From Bacteroidales bacterium (lineage in GTDB: Bacteria > Bacteroidota > Bacteroidia > Bacteroidales > DTU049): DNA of 64,000 nucleotides. The notes beneath the pieces are model-generated. The model worked only from the letters and a program-made list of their open reading frames with translations. It made no database searches and was not told where the DNA came from. This document shows, one piece after another, positions 57,223 to 64,000 of this stretch; position 1 is the first letter of the stretch, and each line of letters opens with the position of its first letter. Made by a program: the position numbers and the translations under genes. The stretch is from the NCBI GenBank assembly GCA_012520175.1, contig JAAYOU010000065.1, positions 7,895-71,894 on the forward strand, in the 5' to 3' direction.

Positions 57223-58953
57223 ATGAAAGAGATAAAAATAAGAGATTTGACACTTCGTGATGGACAGCAATCTTTGTTTGCAACGCGAATGAATCAGGCG
57301 CAAGTTGACTTGGTTTTGCCTTTGTTTAAAGAAGCAAAGTTTTATGCAATGGAAGTTTGGGGCGGAGCAGTGCCAGATAGTGTGATGAGATACTTAAAGG
57401 AAGACCCATGGGAAAGGCTTGCTAAGGTTAAAGAAGGAATAGGAGATGCATCTAAACTCACAGCACTTTCTCGCGGAAGAAATCTTTTTGGCTACAATCC
57501 TTATCCAGAAGATGTAATAGAAGGATTTATTAAGCATACAATTGGTACAGGAATAGATATTTTGCGTATTTTCGACGCTCTCAATGATATGAACAATATT
57601 AAAAGTTCAATTGGGTATGTGCAAAAATATGGAGGAATTGCTGATGGTACAATAAGTTATACTATTGATCCTAAATTAGAAAGAAAAAAGAAGTTTTTCG
57701 GATTAATAAAAGAGAAAGAACAGCCTCCGTTTTTTACTGTTGAATATTTTGTTGGCAAAGCAAAGGAAATTGAGGCTATGGGTGCGGATATGATTACCCT
57801 TAAAGACATGGCTGGATTGGTTGATCACGAAAGTTCTGCAAAAATAATTCGTGCATTGAAAAACAATGTGAAAATTCCTGTTGATTTCCATACTCACTCA
57901 ACTCCGGGATATGGCTTAGCATCAGTACTTACAGCTATTATGAACGGTGCGGATATTGTAGATACCAATATGATGCCGTTTGCTGGCGGTAGTGCGGCTC
58001 CTGCTTATGAACTAATTCATCTGTTTTGTCAAAAATTAGGAATAGAAACAAATGTAAATATTGATGTTCTAAAAAAATTAAGCGACAAGCTAGTGGAAAT
58101 ACGCAAGGATATGTCAAACCATGATAGTTACAAGATTTTCCCTAGAATGTTTGACTTGAAAAATGACAAATTGCCTAAAGATATTGAGTTAATCTTTGAT
58201 AAAGCTATTGAATCTGTGGAAAAAGAAAAATACGAAGATGTGCTGAAATATTGTAATGAAATAGAAGCGTATTTTAATTTCCCTGCTGCAAATGAGATGG
58301 TGAAAAATGCTCAAATTCCGGGTGGAATGTACACAAATATGTTGGCACAGCTAAAAGCTGCAAATTTTGAAAAATTATTGCCACGAGTTTTGCAAGCAGT
58401 ACCACAAGTTAGAGTTAATGCTGGTTCTATTCCGCTTGTAACGCCAACAAGTCAAATTGTGGGGGTGCAGGCTGTAAATTGCATTTTAGACGAAAATAAA
58501 GGATTGCCTTGGTTTTCAAATGTAAATACACAATATATAAACTTGGTAAAAGGAATGTATGGAAAAACTCCAATTCCGATAGATCCTGAATTTAGAGAAA
58601 AAATTACAGGTTCACGCGAAGAAGTACCATATAATTCAGATTCTTATAAACCTCAGGAAAATAAAGTTTTAGAACAGTTTGGAAACAGAAATTTGATTAA
58701 TTCAGAAAAAGACCAACTTTTAATGGAGCTTTTCCCTGCTGTTGCTGAAACATTTTTGACAGAACGAGCTCAAAACGAATGGAATGCGGAGCAGGCTGCT
58801 ATCAAAGCTGAGCAAGATAGAATTGAAGCTGAAAAACAAGCTGCAATACAAGCTGAAAAGGCTGCATACAATGCTCTTAGCAAAGCCGAAAAAGAACAAC
58901 GTCTCCATGATGGGCTTTACAACTATCCATGGACTTCAAAAATGGAAAAATAG
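57223..58953 (+). CDS. Carboxyltransferase subunit of the oxaloacetate decarboxylase alpha / pyruvate carboxylase B / transcarboxylase 5S type, lacking a biotinyl domain
   Basis: Start moved to ATG 57223 (MKEIKIRDLTLRDGQQS). HMGL-like TIM barrel (DFHTHSTPG) and PYC_OADA-like conserved region. The C-terminus is an Ala/Glu/Lys/Gln-rich helix with no EAMKM-type biotinylation motif. Confidence 0.7.
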   Translation: MKEIKIRDLTLRDGQQSLFATRMNQAQVDLVLPLFKEAKFYAMEVWGGAVPDSVMRYLKEDPWERLAKVKEGIGDASKLTALSRGRNLFGYNPYPEDVIEGFIKHTIGTGIDILRIFDALNDMNNIKSSIGYVQKYGGIADGTISYTIDPKLERKKKFFGLIKEKEQPPFFTVEYFVGKAKEIEAMGADMITLKDMAGLVDHESSAKIIRALKNNVKIPVDFHTHSTPGYGLASVLTAIMNGADIVDTNMMPFAGGSAAPAYELIHLFCQKLGIETNVNIDVLKKLSDKLVEIRKDMSNHDSYKIFPRMFDLKNDKLPKDIELIFDKAIESVEKEKYEDVLKYCNEIEAYFNFPAANEMVKNAQIPGGMYTNMLAQLKAANFEKLLPRVLQAVPQVRVNAGSIPLVTPTSQIVGVQAVNCILDENKGLPWFSNVNTQYINLVKGMYGKTPIPIDPEFREKITGSREEVPYNSDSYKPQENKVLEQFGNRNLINSEKDQLLMELFPAVAETFLTERAQNEWNAEQAAIKAEQDRIEAEKQAAIQAEKAAYNALSKAEKEQRLHDGLYNYPWTSKMEK

Positions 58954-58967
58954 GGAATACCTATTTG

Positions 58968-60449
58968 CTAAAATTGAAAATAAATAAAAGGTTGTACGGA
59001 TTCGCTTTTTAGTTGTAAACAAAGCTGTATCAGTAAAACAAACGCTATTGCTTTAACAAGAAATGGAACTTTTTTAATGTAAAATTGTTCCATTTTTGGA
59101 TATATATAGTCTGGAATTGCGTGGATAGCAAAGCCAACTAGCAATAAGATTACAAATAAGTAGCGAATATTCCAAAATGGTTGCAAATAAGCCCAGTCGA
59201 AGTCTGCAAATATTTGCGAAATCATTGTTGTGGCTGTTGAAAAGTCATTTGCACGGAAAAATATCCATAAAACGGCTACAAAATGGAATGTGATAAACCA
59301 TGAGAAGAAATTGTAAACTGCATTGCCAGTTCTTGATTTGAAATCCTCTTTAACAACGTATTTTTTCCATGCTTTGTGAATAACTAATCCAACGCCATGC
59401 ATTCCTCCCCAAAAAACAAATTTCCACGAAGCTCCGTGCCAAAGTCCGCCTAAAAGCATGGTTATGAATAAGTTTATATATTGTCTTAGCTTTCCTTTTC
59501 TGTTTCCACCAAGCGAAATGTATAAATAATCTCGTAGCCACGATGAAAGACTAATATGCCAACGCCGCCAAAATTCAGTAACAGATAGAGATTGATAAGG
59601 TTTGTTAAAGTTTATTCCTAAGTTAAAGCCTAACAAAAGCCCAATACCTATTGCCATATCGCTGTATCCGCTAAAATCGCAATAAATTTGCAATGTGTAG
59701 CCATAAGCAGCCATGAGATTTTCAAATCCGCTGTATGTGCTAGGAGCTGCAAAAACTAAGTCGTTGTATTGTGAAATAAAATCTGCTAACACAGCTTTTT
59801 TAAACAATCCTTGCATTATGAGGAAAAAGCCACGATGAATTTCCTCAGGTTTTAAAATTATATTGTTTTTTAATTGTGGAAGGAAGAATTTTGCACGCAC
59901 AATAGGTCCAGCAACTAAATGAGGGAAAAAGCTCATGTAAAAAGCGTAGTCAAGAAAGTTGTTTGTTGGCTCTAACTCTCTTCTGTAGATGTCAATAATA
60001 TAACTTAATGTCTGGAAAGTGTAAAAAGAAATTCCTATTGGAAGAAAAATATCAAGCGGCTCAAATGGCTCTCCTCGTAGGAATGCGATGTTTTCTAAGA
60101 GGAAATTTGTGTATTTGAAGTAAGCTAGTAATCCAAGGCTTGTGCACAACGATATGACTAGCCAAAATGTTCTGAACTTTTGTTTTTTAGCCTTAAAAAT
60201 AGCCCAAGCAAGACCATAATCGGCTGCTAATGTGAAAAGTAAAATAAACAGATACCAGCCACTAGATTTGTAGTAAAAGAAAAAAGAAAATCCTAAAACA
60301 TATAGTGTGCGCGAAAGTTTGTTGTTATACAAAAAAGCATAACCTATTAAAAACAGAGTAAAGAAAAATAAAAATTGCCCACTATTAAACAGCATTGGAC
60401 TTGCTGAATCGTAGGAAAACAAATCATGTATTACATTACTCCATCTCAT
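58968..60449 (-). CDS. MBOAT-family membrane O-acyltransferase (AlgI/DltB-like)
   Basis: 493 aa polytopic protein. FWRRWHISLSSWLRDYLYI and the conserved His region GLWHGASW. Confidence 0.85.
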   Translation of the reverse strand: MRWSNVIHDLFSYDSASPMLFNSGQFLFFFTLFLIGYAFLYNNKLSRTLYVLGFSFFFYYKSSGWYLFILLFTLAADYGLAWAIFKAKKQKFRTFWLVISLCTSLGLLAYFKYTNFLLENIAFLRGEPFEPLDIFLPIGISFYTFQTLSYIIDIYRRELEPTNNFLDYAFYMSFFPHLVAGPIVRAKFFLPQLKNNIILKPEEIHRGFFLIMQGLFKKAVLADFISQYNDLVFAAPSTYSGFENLMAAYGYTLQIYCDFSGYSDMAIGIGLLLGFNLGINFNKPYQSLSVTEFWRRWHISLSSWLRDYLYISLGGNRKGKLRQYINLFITMLLGGLWHGASWKFVFWGGMHGVGLVIHKAWKKYVVKEDFKSRTGNAVYNFFSWFITFHFVAVLWIFFRANDFSTATTMISQIFADFDWAYLQPFWNIRYLFVILLLVGFAIHAIPDYIYPKMEQFYIKKVPFLVKAIAFVLLIQLCLQLKSESVQPFIYFQF

Positions 60450-61255
60450 TAAAAAGGCGCATTTGGTTGTAAAATTTCTGTTGGAGGAATTTTATTAAAA
60501 AATGTGTCTGGAGGGCTCATTAAAATTTTCTTTTCTGCTTTGTTCTGTAAGAATACCGCAATGGAATCCATCCATTTAAATGCAGAAGCTTTCTTAGGAT
60601 GTGCACCATCTTTTGTTCGTTCATAGCTTAAATCTTTAGATGGAAAATATCTTTTACTACCTGTATAGTGCAGAATTAAATCATTTATTCCTGTGTCGTC
60701 TTTCCAATTAGGTGGTCCAATCCATAAAAAAGGTAGGGTGTCCATTTGAGCTATAATGTGCCTCACATATTCTGCTCGTTCAGTTTTTATATCTCTTATA
60801 AAAAGCTCATTTGCTCCTAAAACTAGCAAAACGTAAGAAGGATTATGCTTTTTTATAAAATGTTTTAACGTGTCGCACTGTCCATACCACAGAGTTGATG
60901 AGCTATACCAAATAACAGTGTTCATGGAATGCCCATTTTTTCTGCAATAATCGTTAAGTCTTATTCTTAAAAACTCCAACATTGAATCGCCAATGAGTAA
61001 AAATCTTTGAGAAGAAGAATCTACTTTATCATCTGTTTTTTCTTTGCTAGAGACATAAGCCATGAGACCAACGGGTAATTCTTCGGGATAGAAAAACTTT
61101 TTTATACCTATGTCTTTAAACTTGTGAGGTCCAATTTTAAAATCAATGTTTGCAAAAGACAGTAATCCAAATAAAACCAAAGCTCCAGCAAGTAATGCTA
61201 CATACTGGAAGAAAGCTTTCGGTGGCGGATTTTTTCCAAAAAAGTTTAATTTCAT
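60449..61255 (-). CDS. SGNH/GDSL-fold protein, probable periplasmic partner of the MBOAT acyltransferase
   Basis: Start moved to ATG 61255 (MKLNFFGK...). One TM segment. SGNH blocks LLIGDSM, GANE and DGAHP. Its stop overlaps the MBOAT start by 1 nt. Confidence 0.65.
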   Translation of the reverse strand: MKLNFFGKNPPPKAFFQYVALLAGALVLFGLLSFANIDFKIGPHKFKDIGIKKFFYPEELPVGLMAYVSSKEKTDDKVDSSSQRFLLIGDSMLEFLRIRLNDYCRKNGHSMNTVIWYSSSTLWYGQCDTLKHFIKKHNPSYVLLVLGANELFIRDIKTERAEYVRHIIAQMDTLPFLWIGPPNWKDDTGINDLILHYTGSKRYFPSKDLSYERTKDGAHPKKASAFKWMDSIAVFLQNKAEKKILMSPPDTFFNKIPPTEILQPNAPF

Positions 61256-61268
61256 TGTGCAAAAATAA

Positions 61269-62039
61269 TTATTTCTGCTTTTTTTGAGTAAATAACCAAC
61301 GAATGTTTTCAACATTTGAATAAACATTGTCCCAGCAGAAGTGCCCAAGGTCAGTAAAAATGAGCGATTTAGCGTTGCCGTTGCATTTTTTTATTGCATT
61401 AACCATATTTGTTGTTCTTGCTGGAACCACAAGTTTGTCTAGCTTTCCATGAAAAGCCTTTATTGGAATATTTTTTAATAAACAAGCTGTATTTTCGTCT
61501 CCGCCGCCACAAATTGGCATTGCAGCTGCAAAAAAATCAGGTCGCCTCACCATTGCGTCCCAAGTGCCGAAGCCGCCCATAGATATTCCCGTTATGTAAA
61601 TTCTGTTTGTATCTATCGGATATTCTTTTATTAAGGAATCAAGCATTAAGAATGTTAGATTTAGCGGCGTAGAAATGTTTTCAGGGATTGTATGTTTTTG
61701 CAATTTCCAGTCAACTTCTACCCAGCGCTTGTTTTCTGGACATTGAGGAGCAACAATTATACATTTGTATTGCTCTTTAGTGCTATCAAGCATGAAATAT
61801 TTTACACCATGAAGTAATTGCTTTTCATTGTCTGTGCCTCGCTCTCCAGCACCATGTAAAAAAACTAACAATGGTAAATTTTCATTTATTGAATCAGGCA
61901 CATACAGGCGGAAAGGCAGTTCTCCACTAGCAGAAGAAAAAGTTTTTTTTGCAAACAACGCCTCCCAAGCAGTCTGCGACCTGAGCGTGCAAAAATGAAT
62001 AAATAAAAAACACAAAGCAAGTCTTAAAAAAACCCTCAT
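61269..62039 (-). CDS. Secreted alpha/beta-hydrolase (carboxylesterase/dienelactone-hydrolase-like)
   Basis: 256 aa. Signal peptide. HGAGERG, nucleophile elbow GISMGGFG, and a C-terminal His region DLGHF. Confidence 0.65.
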   Translation of the reverse strand: MRVFLRLALCFLFIHFCTLRSQTAWEALFAKKTFSSASGELPFRLYVPDSINENLPLLVFLHGAGERGTDNEKQLLHGVKYFMLDSTKEQYKCIIVAPQCPENKRWVEVDWKLQKHTIPENISTPLNLTFLMLDSLIKEYPIDTNRIYITGISMGGFGTWDAMVRRPDFFAAAMPICGGGDENTACLLKNIPIKAFHGKLDKLVVPARTTNMVNAIKKCNGNAKSLIFTDLGHFCWDNVYSNVENIRWLFTQKKQK

Positions 62040-62104
62040 AAAAACTCTTTAAAAAATCTACCCCAAAGATACATTTATTATGCCATAAATAATTAGGATT
62101 TTCT

Positions 62105-62209
62105 AAAAAAAAGCGTATAAACGAAAACGAGGCGAGTTACCCCGCCCCATCTTAAATGTTTTCACAACGGAATAATCCTTATTGTGAATTGCTTCAAAAT
62201 TTGTACAAC
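62105..62209 (-). ncRNA. Candidate tracrRNA, divergent from cas9 (5' end uncertain by ~10 nt)
   Basis: Minus-strand RNA GUUGUACAAAUUUUGAAGCAAUUCACAAUAAGGAUUAUUCCGUUGUGAAAACAUUUAAGAUGGGGCGGGGUAACUCGCCUCGUUUUCGUUUAUACGCUUUUUUUU. The AAUAAGG...UCCGUU nexus-like element resembles the S. pyogenes tracrRNA AAUAAGGCUAGUCCGUU. There is a GC hairpin GGGGCG/CGCCUC and a terminal U8. Confidence 0.6.
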
Positions 62210-62241
62210 AAAAATAATATTTTTTTTAAAAGTAAACAAAA
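62209..62241 (-). promoter_or_regulatory. Bacteroidota-type promoter (TTTG-N21-TATTTTTG) for the tracrRNA candidate
   Basis: On the minus strand, TTTG (plus coordinates 62238-62241) and TAnnTTTG match TATTTTTG (62209-62216) lie immediately 5' of the anti-repeat-like sequence. Confidence 0.4.
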
Positions 62242-62283
62242 AAATTTATAAATTCACCAAATAATTTTAATTTGATAGATATT

Positions 62284-64000
62284 ATGAAAAGAATTTTAGG
62301 GCTAGACTTAGGTACAAATAGCATTGGTTGGGCTTTGGTGGAAATTGACCATGAAAAAAGAGTTGTAAAAATAATTGGACTAGGTTCACGTATTTTACCA
62401 ATGGATGCAGGAGAAATTGGAGACTTTGAACGCGGTGGAAAAATAAAAAGCTCTGCGGCACAGCGGACGGAAAAAAGAGGAGCTAGGCGATTAAATGAAA
62501 GATATTTGCTGCGACGAGATAGATTGCACTTAGTTCTTGACTTACTTGATGCTTTGCCAACTCATTACAAACTTGAAATTGATTTCACAAATTCAAAAGG
62601 TGAAAAATGTGGTCAATTTAAAACAAATAAAGAACCTAAGTTAGCGTACTTACCAAAACATAAGAGCGAAAGAGCAAAATTTCTTTTTATGGATTCATAT
62701 GAAGAAATGTTAGATAATATAAATGATGATAACGTTAAAAACATTAAAGGAAAAAGAATTCCTTATGATTGGACATTATATTATTTACGGCAAAAAGCTT
62801 TATCAGAGGAGATAAGCTTAGAAGAATTAGCTTGGGTTTTATTGAGTTATAACCAAAAAAGAGGATATGAAAAAACAGAAGTAGAGGATAAGTCAACAAA
62901 AGATACAGAATTTGTTGAAGAATTAGATTTGCGTGTTTTAGATGTGTTTGAAAAGGAAAAAGATGGAAAAAAATATTTTGAAATACATTTAGATGGGAAT
63001 GATAAGTTTATATATAATGAATATTCTGATATTCAAATGACATTTAAAGGTGATTTAAAAGAAGTTGTAAAAATATCAAAAGTTGATGATGAGGGTAATA
63101 CAGATGAACAAAAGACAGAGTATAAAATCATTGATATTTATTCTTTAGAAATTCAAAAGTTTGATTACGAGAAAATAGATGCAAAACACAAATATATTTT
63201 GACATATAAAAATGGATGGATTGAAACAAAATTAACGGCAAACTATTATAGCTTTAAATATAAAAATGCTCTCAATAAACCTTACGATTATATTGTAGAA
63301 ACTGTTTATGATAATCACGGAAATATTAAAACTCAGCAAGGCAAAGAAAGAAAACTTAGAGAGCCTGATTTTGGAGATAATTCATCTGATTGGACATTAT
63401 TAAAAAAGAAAACCGAAAAAGAAGCATTGGCTTTTAACTCTGAAAACGGCTTTCTTCATGACAATGGAGATGTAAAAAAGTACATTTCACCAAAAATTTA
63501 TAGCGTACTTAAAAACGATGCTAAAAAAGGGACTCAAACTAAAATAATTGGAGGAATATTCCAAGTTGTGGATAGAGAATTTTATCGTGAAGAGTTGAAT
63601 CAAATTATTTCTACACAAAAACAATTTCATAATAGCTTGAAAGATAGAAAAATATTTGAACAATGTGTAAAAACACTATATCCAAAGAATGAAAGTCATC
63701 AAAAGTCTCTATTAGAAAATAAAGATGCAATACAGAATTTATTAGTAGAAGACATTCTTTTGTATCAAAGACCACTCAAGAGTAAAAAGTCAGAAATCGC
63801 TGATTGTAAATATGAAATACGATATTGGAAAGATGTTGTTGACAAAGAAACCGGTGAGATAAAAACAAAGCAACAACCTGTTTTTATTAAAGTTGTTTCC
63901 AAGTCACATCCATATTTTCAGGAATTTAGAATTTGGGATAAAATACATAACTTAAAATTAATTCAATTAGAGAAAGAAGTTAATGGTCATAAACAGACTA
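62284..64000 (+). CDS. cas9: Cas9 (type II CRISPR endonuclease), N-terminal ~572 codons; continues beyond window end
   Basis: Not in the track because the ORF is open-ended. My translation from ATG 62284: MKRILGLDLGTNSIGWALVEIDHEKR... (RuvC-I with catalytic Asp), Arg-rich bridge helix AAQRTEKRGARRLNERYLLRRDRL, later ILLYQRPLKSKKSEIADCKYE. I saw no stop codon through 64000. Confidence 0.9.
   Translation, partial: MKRILGLDLGTNSIGWALVEIDHEKRVVKIIGLGSRILPMDAGEIGDFERGGKIKSSAAQRTEKRGARRLNERYLLRRDRLHLVLDLLDALPTHYKLEIDFTNSKGEKCGQFKTNKEPKLAYLPKHKSERAKFLFMDSYEEMLDNINDDNVKNIKGKRIPYDWTLYYLRQKALSEEISLEELAWVLLSYNQKRGYEKTEVEDKSTKDTEFVEELDLRVLDVFEKEKDGKKYFEIHLDGNDKFIYNEYSDIQMTFKGDLKEVVKISKVDDEGNTDEQKTEYKIIDIYSLEIQKFDYEKIDAKHKYILTYKNGWIETKLTANYYSFKYKNALNKPYDYIVETVYDNHGNIKTQQGKERKLREPDFGDNSSDWTLLKKKTEKEALAFNSENGFLHDNGDVKKYISPKIYSVLKNDAKKGTQTKIIGGIFQVVDREFYREELNQIISTQKQFHNSLKDRKIFEQCVKTLYPKNESHQKSLLENKDAIQNLLVEDILLYQRPLKSKKSEIADCKYEIRYWKDVVDKETGEIKTKQQPVFIKVVSKSHPYFQEFRIWDKIHNLKLIQLEKEVNGHKQT

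Overview
This is a very A+T-rich, gene-dense chromosomal window. It most likely comes from a low-GC member of the Bacteroidota. The evidence is at least six proteins with type IX secretion (T9SS) C-terminal sorting domains, a PorQ-like gene, TonB-dependent receptor architecture and TAnnTTTG-type promoter boxes.

Most genes are housekeeping: polA, dnaB, mutS2, xseAB, dxr, rseP, udk, aat, kdsB, rsgA, dtd, pepA, manC and futalosine-type menaquinone genes. Three tRNAs are present: Leu-CAA, Arg-CCT and Ser-CGA.

The four observations I rate highest:
1. The right edge (62105-64000) is the start of a type II CRISPR-Cas locus. An open-ended cas9 ORF is missing from the supplied track. A divergently transcribed tracrRNA candidate sits just upstream with its own promoter boxes and terminator. 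No cas1, cas2 or array lies inside the window.
2. A conspicuously G+C-rich, apparently non-coding island of about 450 bp (50560-51025) sits next to tRNA-Ser. It carries six same-orientation copies of a ~26-nt motif with a palindromic TGATAATCA core, several placed in hairpin loops with compensatory stem changes. I cannot assign it to any RNA or repeat family I know.
3. A Fic (AMPylase-type) gene is bracketed by 40-bp direct repeats that each contain a 9-bp-stem hairpin. This looks cassette-like.
4. A large T9SS surface protein is split by a frameshift.

No rRNA, transposase, integrase or CRISPR array is visible in the window.
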